A stretch of 64,000 nt of DNA from Spirochaetia bacterium (GTDB lineage: Bacteria > Spirochaetota > Spirochaetia > SZUA-6 > Bin103): NCBI GenBank assembly GCA_965203055.1, contig OZ241863.1:2240001-2304000 (forward strand), in the 5' to 3' direction. Below, piece by piece: positions 1 to 8,924 of this stretch; position 1 is the first letter of the stretch; every line of letters starts with the position of its first letter. The position numbers were made by a program, and so were the translations under genes. The notes beneath the pieces are model-generated. The model was not told the DNA's origin, searched no databases, and saw only the letters and a program-made list of their open reading frames with translations.

Positions 1-1296
1 CTCGGCTGGCTCAGCAACCGCTTCCGCGGCATCGTGCTGCAGCTCACCCTGCGCCGCCTGGGCCGCAGCAGCGGCCAGTACGTGTCGCTGCTGGTGCTGC
101 TGATCCTGACCGTGGCGATGGGCATCTACAACGGCTCGGCGGCGCGCACCCTGCTGGCCAACTTCGAAGACCGCATCCGCTACCAACACGGGGCCGACCT
201 GGTGGTGCGCGAGGCATGGGAGCCGCCGGAGGAGCTGCAGGCGGCCCAGCGCGGCGGGGCCCCCGCGCCCACCTCGCCCGATCAGCCGCGGCCCACCGCG
301 GCCGCGGAGCCGCCATTCTTCAAGCGGCTGGAGATCGACGGCGTGGAAGCCGCGGCGCGGGTACTGATGCGCCGCGCCGAGGCGCGCAACGCCTCGCTGC
401 ACGCCGGCTCGGTCACCATGATGGCGATCATGCCGCACGAGTTCGCGCCGGTCGCCTGGCGCCGCAGCGACCTGTTCGCCCCCTACCACTTCTACGACTA
501 CCTGATTCAGCTCGGCAAGCACCGCGAGGGCGCCCTGGTCAGCTCGGAGCTGCAGCGCCGCGGCAAGCTGAAGCTGGGCGACCGGCTCACCATCAACTAC
601 AACAACCAGCCAATCGAGACCTACGTCGTGGGCACGCTGCCCTATTGGCCGTCGCTGAACCCGGAACGGCGCCCGTTCGTGATCCTCAATCTCGATCACG
701 TGCAGGACTTCACCGCGCTGGAACCGTACGACTCGTGGTACACGGTGGCCTCGCCGGAGCTCATTCCCCAAATCAAGGAGCGGCTGCCGTCGATGGGGGT
801 GTGGCCGCAGGAACTGCTCGATACCGAGAAGATCCTCGCCGAGCTGCACCGGGAGCCGTACCGGCGCGGCTTCTTCGGCATCCTCACGATCGGCTTCCTG
901 GCCGCGGCGGTGGTGGCGGTGCTGGCCTTCGTGGTGTACACCATCTATGCCACCCGCCAGCGGCTGATCCAGTTCGGGGCGCTGCGCGCCAACGGTCTGT
1001 CGCTGTTGCAGACCCTCGGCGTGGTCGGTCTGGAACAGGCGCTGACGGTCGGCATCGGGCTGGCGATCGGCATCGGCGCCGGCAACGCCGCCACCACGCT
1101 GTTCCTGCCGTTCCTGCGCGACCGCGCCAGCGAGACGCAGCCGGTGCCGCCGTTCCTGATCGTCACCGACCTGACCGATCTGACCCGGATCGTGGCCATC
1201 GTCAGCGCCGCGTTTCTGGCCGGCGTGGTCGCCCTGGCGCTGTTCCTGGTGCGCGCCCGGTTGGCCAGCGCCCTGCGGCTCGGCGAGGAGGCGTAG
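1..1296 (+). CDS. FtsX/MacB-like ABC transporter permease (5' partial, frame open from window start)
   Basis: Several TM segments, C-terminal 'RQRLIQFGALRANGLS' permease motif; followed by a LolD-type ATPase. Confidence 0.85.
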   Translation, partial: LGWLSNRFRGIVLQLTLRRLGRSSGQYVSLLVLLILTVAMGIYNGSAARTLLANFEDRIRYQHGADLVVREAWEPPEELQAAQRGGAPAPTSPDQPRPTAAAEPPFFKRLEIDGVEAAARVLMRRAEARNASLHAGSVTMMAIMPHEFAPVAWRRSDLFAPYHFYDYLIQLGKHREGALVSSELQRRGKLKLGDRLTINYNNQPIETYVVGTLPYWPSLNPERRPFVILNLDHVQDFTALEPYDSWYTVASPELIPQIKERLPSMGVWPQELLDTEKILAELHREPYRRGFFGILTIGFLAAAVVAVLAFVVYTIYATRQRLIQFGALRANGLSLLQTLGVVGLEQALTVGIGLAIGIGAGNAATTLFLPFLRDRASETQPVPPFLIVTDLTDLTRIVAIVSAAFLAGVVALALFLVRARLASALRLGEEA

Positions 1297-1305
1297 CGCG
1301 CGAGC

Positions 1306-2298
1306 ATGGCCGCGGACGACTTCATTCGCTGCGAGGGTCTGGTCAAGATCTACAAGATCGAGGACGTGGAGGTGGTGGCGCTGCAGGGGCTGGACCTCAC
1401 CATCCGGCGCGGCGAGGTGATGGGCATCATCGGTCCCAGCGGCAGCGGCAAGACTACCCTGATGAACGTCCTCGGCGGGCTGGACGTGCCGTCCGCCGGC
1501 AAGGCGGTGGTGGACGGCGTCGACCTGATCCGCATCTCGGAGCGGCAGCGGCTGCGCTACCGGCGCCGCAGCGTCGGCTTCGTGTGGCAGAACGTGGGCC
1601 GCAACCTGATCCCCTACCTCAGCGCGCTGGAAAACGTGCAACTGCCGATGATCCTGTCGGGCCGCTTCGACCACCGCCGGGCGCAGCGGCTGCTGGAGCT
1701 GGTCGGTCTCGGCCACCGCCTGAACCACCGGCCGGTGACCATGTCGGGCGGCGAACAGCAGCGGGTGGCGATCGCCATCGGTCTGGCCAACGAGCCGCCG
1801 GTGCTGCTGGCCGACGAGCCTACCGGTTCGCTCGATACCGAGAACACGATCCGGCTGCTGGAGGTGTTCGACACGGTGCGCACCGAGTTGGGGGTGACGG
1901 TGGTGATCGTCACGCACGATACGTCGATGGCGCGGGTGCTGGATCGGTACGTGCAGATCCGGGACGGCAAGACCAGCACCGAGTCGGTGCGGCGGGTGGC
2001 GGTCACCTACACCGAGCGGGGCACCGCCGAAGCGGCGGCGGCGCTGCAGGCCGGCGCGGACGGCGCCGCCGCGGCGGCCGGGGCGGCGAGCGGCGGGGCG
2101 GATGACTCCGGCGCGGCCCAGGCTGACGGCGCCGGCAGCGCGGGCGCGGAGGACGCCAGCCACGAGCACTTCACGTTGCTGGATTCGGCCGGGCGGCTGC
2201 AGATCCCGGCGGACATGCGCGACGCCTACCGTATCGGCGGGCGCGTGAAGCTGGTGGAAGAGGAGGGCCGCATCCTCATCGTCCCCGACGAGCGGTAG
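1306..2298 (+). CDS. ABC transporter ATP-binding protein (LolD/MacB-like) with C-terminal AbrB-like tail
   Basis: Walker A GPSGSGKTT, signature MSGGEQQRV, Walker B LLADEPTG; tail LLDSAGRLQIP. Confidence 0.92.
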   Translation: MAADDFIRCEGLVKIYKIEDVEVVALQGLDLTIRRGEVMGIIGPSGSGKTTLMNVLGGLDVPSAGKAVVDGVDLIRISERQRLRYRRRSVGFVWQNVGRNLIPYLSALENVQLPMILSGRFDHRRAQRLLELVGLGHRLNHRPVTMSGGEQQRVAIAIGLANEPPVLLADEPTGSLDTENTIRLLEVFDTVRTELGVTVVIVTHDTSMARVLDRYVQIRDGKTSTESVRRVAVTYTERGTAEAAAALQAGADGAAAAAGAASGGADDSGAAQADGAGSAGAEDASHEHFTLLDSAGRLQIPADMRDAYRIGGRVKLVEEEGRILIVPDER

Positions 2299-2319
2299 CG
2301 GGCCGCGGGAGCGCGCGCC

Positions 2320-3717
2320 ATGACCCGGTTCCCGGAGCGCTTTCGGCGGGGCGCCGCGGGCGCCGCGCAGCCGCGGCGCGCGGCGCTGGAGGCCTTCTTC
2401 GCCGCCGGGGTGAAGCGCGTCGACCCGGAGGCGATGGTCGCCGCGCGCCTGCGCCTGCAGGGCGGAACCCTTGTCGTAGACGCCGGCGGCGGCCCGCTGA
2501 GCGTCGACCTGGAGCAGTTTCGCGCCCTGCGGCTGCTGGCGGTCGGCAAGGCCGCGGGGGCGATGGCGCGCGGGGTGGAGGCGCTGCTGGGCGAACGGAT
2601 CGGCGGCGGGGTGGCGGTCACCAAACGCGGTCACGAACGCCGCGGCGGCGGGCTGCGCCGCATCCGGCTGCTGGAGGCCGGCCATCCGGTGCCGGACCGG
2701 GACAGCGTAGCCGCGGGCCGGGCGCTGGCCGCCGAGTGCCGGGACGCGGGCGCGGACACGCTGCTGATCAGCGTGCTGTCGGGCGGCGGCTCGGCGCTGC
2801 TGGCAGCTCCGGCCGCGGGCGTCACCCTGGCCGACAAGCAGGAGACCACGCGCCTGCTGCTGGCGGCCGGGGCCACCATCGGGGAGCTGAACTGCGTGCG
2901 CAAGCACCTGTCCGCCCTCAAGGGAGGGCGCCTGGCGGAACTGATGTACCCGGCCCACTCGCTCAACCTGATTCTGTCGGACGTGGTGGGCGACCGGCTC
3001 GACATCATCGCTTCCGGGATTACCGCCCCGGACCCCACCACCTTTGCCGACGCGGCCGCGACCCTGCGCCGCTACGGGCTGTGGGAGGCGGCGCCGGCGG
3101 CGGTGCGCGGCGTCCTGGAGGCCGGCTTGGCCGGCGCCCTGGCCGACACGCCCGGCGCCGCGCATCCGGCCTTCGCGCGCACCCGCAACGTACTCCTCGG
3201 CTCCGGGCGGGCGGCGGTGGCGGCCGCCGCGGACGCCGCCCGCGGCGCCGGCTATGACACGCTGGTGCTGACCACCCAGCTCACCGGCGAGGCGCGCGAG
3301 ATCGCCAAGGTGTTCTACGGCATGGCGCGCGACCTCCGCAGCGGGCGCCTGGCGCTGCGCCTGCCCGCCTGCGTGGTGGCCGGCGGCGAGACCACGGTGA
3401 CCGTCACCGGCAGCGGCCGCGGCGGCCGCTGCCAGGAGCTGGCGGCGGCGTTCCTGGCCGAGCTGGCCGCCGACTCCGACCCGCCGCTCGGCGCCACCCT
3501 GCTGGCCGCCGGCACCGACGGCAACGACGGCCCCACCGACGCCGCCGGCGCCTTCGCCGACGCCGCCGCGCTGGCCGCCGGGGGCGCCTCAGATCCGCGC
3601 GCCGCGCTCGCCGGCAACGACTCCTACCACTTCTGCAAGGCGTGCTCGGCGCTGTTCCAACCGGGCCCGACCAACACCAACGTCGCCGACCTCTACCTGC
3701 TCACCGTCCACCCGTAG
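2320..3717 (+). CDS. Glycerate 2-kinase (DUF4147 + MOFRL family)
   Basis: Motifs VGKAA, EAGHPVPD, LSGGGSAL, RKHLSALKGG, SDVVGD, GGETTV, GTDGNDG, GPTNTNV. Confidence 0.9.
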   Translation: MTRFPERFRRGAAGAAQPRRAALEAFFAAGVKRVDPEAMVAARLRLQGGTLVVDAGGGPLSVDLEQFRALRLLAVGKAAGAMARGVEALLGERIGGGVAVTKRGHERRGGGLRRIRLLEAGHPVPDRDSVAAGRALAAECRDAGADTLLISVLSGGGSALLAAPAAGVTLADKQETTRLLLAAGATIGELNCVRKHLSALKGGRLAELMYPAHSLNLILSDVVGDRLDIIASGITAPDPTTFADAAATLRRYGLWEAAPAAVRGVLEAGLAGALADTPGAAHPAFARTRNVLLGSGRAAVAAAADAARGAGYDTLVLTTQLTGEAREIAKVFYGMARDLRSGRLALRLPACVVAGGETTVTVTGSGRGGRCQELAAAFLAELAADSDPPLGATLLAAGTDGNDGPTDAAGAFADAAALAAGGASDPRAALAGNDSYHFCKACSALFQPGPTNTNVADLYLLTVHP

Positions 3718-3743
3718 CCGGGGGAAGGAATCGGTCACGGCGG

Positions 3744-5030
3744 ATGAAGTGGCACGAGAAGCGCATCGAGGAGATCGCCGAGAAGGTAGCAATGGGTCCG
3801 TTCGGGTCAGCCATTCGCGTCCGTACGTTCGTGCCGGACGGCGTACCGATAATCAGCGGTCAGCATCTCCATGGAATGAGGGTCGACGACAGCCCGGGAT
3901 TCAACTTCATCACTGAAGAACACGCGAAGCGGCTGAGGACCGCGAACGTAGAACGGGGCGACGTAGTATTCACTCACGCTGGAAACATCGGTCAGGTGTC
4001 CTACGTGCCAGAGGCATCTGCCTACGATCGCTACGTTATTTCCCAGCGTCAGTTCTACATGCGCTGTGATCGACGCCAAGTGCTCCCGCAGTTCGTGACG
4101 TATTACTTCAAGACACCTGAAGGCCGGCACAAGTTACTTGCGAACACGTCCCAGGTTGGCGTCCCATCGATAGCGCAGCCGGTCTCCTATCTTCGCTCCA
4201 TATCGATACCGCTGCCGCCCCTCGACGTGCAATGCGCCATCGTCCGCGTACTTGAACCACTTGACGAAAATATCGAGCTGAACCGCCGCATGAACGACAC
4301 GCTGGAGGCAATGGTGCGAGCGCTGTTCAAGTCGTGGTTCGTAGACTACGAGCCGGTACGCGCCAAAGTGGACGGCCGCAGCACCGGCTTGCCGAAGCAG
4401 ATCGCCGATCTGTTCCCCGATGCGATGACCGGCTCCGAAGTCGGGCAGCTCCCGGAAGGGTGGCGCGTTGGCTGCGTTGGGGATGTCGTGAGCGCCAAGC
4501 GCCAGGGCGTAGATACGAAGGTTCTGCGGGCCTGCTTGCCGTACATTGGTCTTGAACACATGCCGCGCCGGTCAATCGCCATAGCTGAATGGGGAAGCTC
4601 AGACGAGGTTTCGAGTAGCAAGTTCGCGTTCTCGAAGGGCGAGCTGCTCTTTGGCAAGCTCAGGCCCTACTTCCGCAAGGCCGGTCTGGCGCCGGTCAGC
4701 GGCGTGTGTTCCACTGATATTGTCGTTATGTGCCCCAAGAAGATCATGTGGTCGGCGTTCGCGTTGATGGTGATTTCGTCAGCCGAGTTCGTCAACTATG
4801 CAGACCGGACTTCAACCGGGACGAGAATGCCCCGAACGAGTTGGAAGACGATGAAGTCCTATCCGCTTGCCTTGCCTTCTGAGCGAGTTGCAAGAGCGTT
4901 CCAGAACGTCGTCGGTCCCATGTTGGAGCGGATCGTTGCCAACGTTCACGGCAATCAGAAATTGCGGGGCATGCGCGACCTGCTGCTCCCGGAACTGGTC
5001 TCCGGAGCGTTGCCGGTGACAGCGAAGTGA
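3744..5030 (+). CDS. hsdS: Type I restriction-modification specificity subunit (orphan)
   Basis: Two TRD-like halves separated by conserved spacer 'IELNRRMNDTLEAMVRALFKSWFVD'; C-terminal 'LRGMRDLLLPELVSG'; ATG 3744 chosen; visibly lower GC than flanks. Confidence 0.9.
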   Translation: MKWHEKRIEEIAEKVAMGPFGSAIRVRTFVPDGVPIISGQHLHGMRVDDSPGFNFITEEHAKRLRTANVERGDVVFTHAGNIGQVSYVPEASAYDRYVISQRQFYMRCDRRQVLPQFVTYYFKTPEGRHKLLANTSQVGVPSIAQPVSYLRSISIPLPPLDVQCAIVRVLEPLDENIELNRRMNDTLEAMVRALFKSWFVDYEPVRAKVDGRSTGLPKQIADLFPDAMTGSEVGQLPEGWRVGCVGDVVSAKRQGVDTKVLRACLPYIGLEHMPRRSIAIAEWGSSDEVSSSKFAFSKGELLFGKLRPYFRKAGLAPVSGVCSTDIVVMCPKKIMWSAFALMVISSAEFVNYADRTSTGTRMPRTSWKTMKSYPLALPSERVARAFQNVVGPMLERIVANVHGNQKLRGMRDLLLPELVSGALPVTAK

Positions 5031-5151
5031 CGAAGGAAGCAGATAGTCGTTCGTTGCCGAGGTGTTGCTACCGGACTGACTCGCGGCGGCCCTCCGGTCG
5101 GCGCACGCTACCGGCTACGGGCCTCGCGACAGCCGCCCGTCAGCCAACCAC

Positions 5152-5180
5152 TTGACAATCTCTGCATGTGCCGATAAGAT
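5152..5180 (+). promoter_or_regulatory. Sigma70-type promoter TTGACA-N17-TAAGAT
   Basis: TTGACA at 5152-5157, TAAGAT at 5175-5180, upstream of the 5202 ORF. Confidence 0.6.
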
Positions 5181-5201
5181 AGCGGCAGGATAACGTTCCA
5201 T

Positions 5202-5636
5202 TTGGGAGAGCAGAATGACAGGGAAGCCAAGGGAGGCAGCGACGACAGAGCATCCATCTTCGGGGTGGCGAAGACGCGGCTGCCGGGGTATTTGGGTACC
5301 TTCTCCCTGGCTTCGGTATCCATGCTCGTCTATTCGATATGGCATGGTTGGGACGGTATTGAGAATATCATAAGGCTCTATTCCGGGCTATTGAGTCGAT
5401 ATATTCCCACGGTTGTCGCGATGCTGATCACCGTGGAGGGAGGCATTATGGGAGGAACAGCTCTTCTACTCAAACTCCAGCGCCGTAAGGCCAGAGAGGA
5501 AGGCAGGGAGGAAGGCCGTCAGCAGGGCCGCCAGGAAGGCCGTCAGGAAGGCATCGAGAGAGCCATCCAGATACTGGAGCAGTCCGGTAAGAGCGACGAA
5601 GCCCGGCTTCTGCGGGAATCCAACGGGAACCCATAG
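5202..5636 (+). CDS. Hypothetical membrane-anchored protein with (E/Q)EGR repeats
   Basis: Hydrophobic N-half then REEGREEGRQQGRQEGRQEG; internal GGAGGGAGG plus ATG at 5448. Confidence 0.6.
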   Translation: MGEQNDREAKGGSDDRASIFGVAKTRLPGYLGTFSLASVSMLVYSIWHGWDGIENIIRLYSGLLSRYIPTVVAMLITVEGGIMGGTALLLKLQRRKAREEGREEGRQQGRQEGRQEGIERAIQILEQSGKSDEARLLRESNGNP

Positions 5637-5690
5637 ATTGTATTGTAGGGCTCTATTCCGGACTGCTGGATCACCGTGGAGGGAGGCATT

Positions 5691-5846
5691 ATGAGAGGAA
5701 CAGATCTTCTACTCAAACTCCAGCGCCGTAAGGCCAGGGAGGAAGGCCGCCAAGAAGGCATCGAGAAGGCGATCCGGATACTGGAGCAGGCCGGTATGAG
5801 CGACGAAGCCCGGCTTCTTCGGGAATTCAACGACTGGCGCCCATAG
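5691..5846 (+). CDS. 51-aa paralog of the C-terminal part of 5202-5636 (MRGTDLLLKLQRRKAREEGRQEGIEKAIRILEQAG...)
   Basis: Diverged tandem copy with the same GGAGGGAGG RBS, ATG and TAG; below ORF-track cutoff. Confidence 0.55.
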   Translation: MRGTDLLLKLQRRKAREEGRQEGIEKAIRILEQAGMSDEARLLREFNDWRP

Positions 5847-5913
5847 CGCCTTCGTGGGCAGATATCGCCGAACAACCCACTGTATGAAAACTGTGGCTGA
5901 AGTGCGGCCACTT

Positions 5914-6630
5914 TCATGTCCTGCGAACTACTAGGATGTAACCAAATCTCAGGCTGTCGACGCGCAGGACTCGGCACGAATTCGACTCGTTCAGATGTTC
6001 CAGAACCACTCTCCAATCGAATCCGAGGTGCTGTCCCCAGCCGTCTGCCTCCGGGTCCCGAAACACCGAGACCGATTTTCCCGTGAGGAGGTGCCGCACA
6101 TAATCGGCTTCGCTCCGCTCACGGAAGAAGCTGTCATAGGGCCGTCGCCGGACGACCTTTCTCGCAACGTACTTGAACAACCCAGGCAGGCCGATCTCGT
6201 TCGGTACCGAGATGATCAGGGTCCCGCCGGGCTTGCATGAGGCGAGCAGCGTTTCAATCGCATTGTGGACCTTGCCTACATGCTCCAAGGTCTCGAAGCA
6301 GGTTACGATGTCGAACAGTCGCTCGCGGGCGCGCGGCGGCTCGTTGAGATCGACGTATCCGAAGACCGCGTTGCGGATGTTGCGGGACCTCGCTGCGGCC
6401 AGCAACTCGGTCGAGTGGTCAAAGCCGAACAGATTCATCGAACCAGCCTCGGGCAGCGCTCGCAACAGCTCGGCGAAGAAGAACCCGTTCGAGCACCCGA
6501 AGTCAGCTATACCCCCCCCCCCCCCCGGTAACGGCAGCGACCGTATCGTGTCGAGAATGCGACGCAGCCGGGTACGATGAAAAAAGCTGAACGGATGGAG
6601 TCCCCGGTATGATCGCTCGTGTACGAACAC
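5914..6630 (-). CDS. Class I SAM-dependent methyltransferase
   Basis: Motif I IADFGCSNG, FGFD, FDIVTCFETLEHV, KPGGTLIISVPN. Confidence 0.88.
   Translation of the reverse strand: MFVHERSYRGLHPFSFFHRTRLRRILDTIRSLPLPGGGGGIADFGCSNGFFFAELLRALPEAGSMNLFGFDHSTELLAAARSRNIRNAVFGYVDLNEPPRARERLFDIVTCFETLEHVGKVHNAIETLLASCKPGGTLIISVPNEIGLPGLFKYVARKVVRRRPYDSFFRERSEADYVRHLLTGKSVSVFRDPEADGWGQHLGFDWRVVLEHLNESNSCRVLRVDSLRFGYILVVRRT
6512..6526 (-). repeat. G15 homopolymer within the methyltransferase 5' region
   Basis: 15 consecutive C on + strand, encodes PGGGGG in frame. Confidence 0.9.
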
Positions 6631-6724
6631 CTCCGGAACCTACCGCACGGCCCGGCAGGCTACAAGGTACGTGCGGCCAGGACCAACGGTGGGAGCGCCG
6701 CCGCCGCCGGGCGGCCGCGTCAGC

Positions 6725-6753
6725 TTGACGGCGGATCGGGCGGCCTCTACCAT
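6725..6753 (+). promoter_or_regulatory. Sigma70-type promoter TTGACG-N17-TACCAT for ABC operon 1
   Basis: Hexamers at 6725-6730 and 6748-6753; RBS TAAGGAG before ATG 6818. Confidence 0.55.
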
Positions 6754-6817
6754 CGGCGGCGGAGCATAGGGCGGCGTACCTGCTTTCGGAACACGCCGCC
6801 TGTAAGGAGATACGACG

Positions 6818-8869
6818 ATGACCTTGATCTGTCGAGTAGCGCTGGCCGCGGGGCTGGCGGCGCTGGCCGCCGGCACGGCGTTCGGCGGCGGCGCGGAGGA
6901 GCAGTCCGGGGCGCAGGCGGGCGCCGAGGCCGCGGCGGCCGCCTCCGGCCTGGAGGTGCTGGTGCCGGGACGCACCGTAGTATGGGGCTCGCAGGCCGCC
7001 TTCGAGGCCGACACCGGCAAGCGGCTGCCGGCCTTTACCGAAGCGCCGGCGCTGGCCGCGCTGGTGGCCGCCGGCGACCTGCCGCCGGTGGAGGATCGGC
7101 TGCCGGACGAGGTGGTGGTCGTCGACCCGCTCGATGAGATGGGCGTGTACGGCGGCGAATACCGCGCCGCAACCACCACGCCCGGGTGCTGCGGCGACTT
7201 CGAAGTGATGTTCACCCGCTTCCAGAACCTGCTCACGGTCAATCCGGAGATCGACGCCACGCTGCCCAACGCGGTGCTCGACTGGGACCTGACCGAGGAC
7301 TTCAGGACCTTGACCCTGACGCTGCGCAACAACATGAAGTGGAGCGACGGCGCGCCGTTCACGGCCGACGACTTCCTGTTCTGGTGGGAGGACTTCACCA
7401 CCAACGACCAGCTCAGCGACGCGGTCAACGTGGCCTGGAAGCCGGGCGGCACGCCGATGACCGTGACCAAGGTGAACGACACCACGGTGCGGATGCAGTT
7501 CGCGGCGCCCTACCCCATCGTGGTGGACAAGATCGCCTTCTCTCCCTACGCCCGCAACCGGGCGACGTTTCCGGTCACCCCCAAGCACTACCTGAGCCGG
7601 TTCCACGCCGATTACAACGCCGAGGCCGACGCCAACGCCAAGGCGGCCGGCTTCGAGGACTGGACGCAGCAGTTCCTGTCGATTCTCGCCGGCGAGTCGG
7701 ACAATCGGAACGACGTCGACTTCCCCACCATCGAGGGTTGGGACTTGGCCCGCGAAGATGAATTCGGCAGCCGCTTCTTCCACCGCAACCCCTACTACTG
7801 GAAGGTGGACAGCGCCGGCCGGCAGCTCCCCTATTTGGACAGCATGGCGCGGATTCTGGTGGAGAACCGCGAGGTGGCGGAGTTGAAGACCATCGCCGGC
7901 GAGTTTCACACCGGACGCGCCCACCTGCAGCTCAAGAACTGGACCCTGTACAAGGAGAACGAGGCCCAGGGCGGGTATCGGGCGCTGCTGTGGAACTCTC
8001 CGGTAGGCAACGAAATGCGCTTCGCCTTCAACCAGCTCTACGAGGACGACCCGGTGCTGCGCGGCCTGTTCCGGGATCTCCGCTTCCGGCAGGCGATGTC
8101 GCTGGCCATCAACCGCGGCGAGATCAACGACCTGGTGTTCTTCGGGCGCGCCGTGCCGAGTCAGGTGGCGCCGCCGCCGCTGGCCACCTACCACGAGCCG
8201 TGGATGACCTCCCACTTCGCCGCCTACGACCTCGACCAGGCGAATGCGCTCCTCGACGAAATCGGCTTGGCCTGGGACGAAAATCGCCAGTGGCGGACCC
8301 GTCCCGACGGCGCCACCCTCAGCCTGCTGCTGGAGTACTACAACCGCGGGGACCGTAAGCCGATCTTCGAGCTGGTCAAGGAGTACTGGGAAGCGGTCGG
8401 CGTCCAAATCACGCTGAAGGAACAGGAGGATCGGCTCTATTCGACGCGCAACGCGACCGGCCTGGTGCAGGTGGCCCATCACCCGGCGCATCTGACCACC
8501 GACGTAGGCTTCGCGTTGCGCGAGGCCGGCCAGTTCCGTCCCGGCGACATCACCAACAACGGCTGGGACGAGTGGTGGACCTCTGGCGGCGCCTCCGGCA
8601 CGCCGCCGCCGCAGGAGGCGCAGGAGATCTACGCGCTGCTCGACCGCTACCTGCAGACCCCGTTGTTCACTCCGGAGTCGACCGCAATCGGCAATGAGTA
8701 TTCCGCCCGGATGGTGCGCCAGCTCTACGGGATCGGCACCGTATCGCAGGCCCCGGTGCCGGTGATCGTGCGCAACGACCTGCGCAACGTGCCCGACGTG
8801 GACTGGTGGTGGCCGGAGGGCCGCTGGTTCAACAACACCATCCCGGAACAGTGGTTCATCCGCCAATAG
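6818..8869 (+). CDS. ABC transporter substrate-binding protein, family 5
   Basis: Signal peptide; EAPALAALVAAGDLPPVEDRLP, KWSDGAPFTADD, RNPYYWKVD, FRQAMSLAINR. Confidence 0.92.
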   Translation: MTLICRVALAAGLAALAAGTAFGGGAEEQSGAQAGAEAAAAASGLEVLVPGRTVVWGSQAAFEADTGKRLPAFTEAPALAALVAAGDLPPVEDRLPDEVVVVDPLDEMGVYGGEYRAATTTPGCCGDFEVMFTRFQNLLTVNPEIDATLPNAVLDWDLTEDFRTLTLTLRNNMKWSDGAPFTADDFLFWWEDFTTNDQLSDAVNVAWKPGGTPMTVTKVNDTTVRMQFAAPYPIVVDKIAFSPYARNRATFPVTPKHYLSRFHADYNAEADANAKAAGFEDWTQQFLSILAGESDNRNDVDFPTIEGWDLAREDEFGSRFFHRNPYYWKVDSAGRQLPYLDSMARILVENREVAELKTIAGEFHTGRAHLQLKNWTLYKENEAQGGYRALLWNSPVGNEMRFAFNQLYEDDPVLRGLFRDLRFRQAMSLAINRGEINDLVFFGRAVPSQVAPPPLATYHEPWMTSHFAAYDLDQANALLDEIGLAWDENRQWRTRPDGATLSLLLEYYNRGDRKPIFELVKEYWEAVGVQITLKEQEDRLYSTRNATGLVQVAHHPAHLTTDVGFALREAGQFRPGDITNNGWDEWWTSGGASGTPPPQEAQEIYALLDRYLQTPLFTPESTAIGNEYSARMVRQLYGIGTVSQAPVPVIVRNDLRNVPDVDWWWPEGRWFNNTIPEQWFIRQ

Positions 8870-8884
8870 CGCGGCGCTGAAGAC

Positions 8885-8918
8885 CATGGGCCGCCCGCCG
8901 GCCGGCGGGCGGCCCATG
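8885..8918. repeat. Perfect 34-bp palindrome between SBP and permease genes
   Basis: catgggccgcccgccggccggcgggcggcccatg equals its reverse complement. Confidence 0.85.
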
Positions 8919-8924
8919 CCGTAA

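Noticed and set aside
5370..5846. DGR template/variable repeat pair
   Set aside because: Differences between copies are not restricted to adenines, and no reverse transcriptase is present
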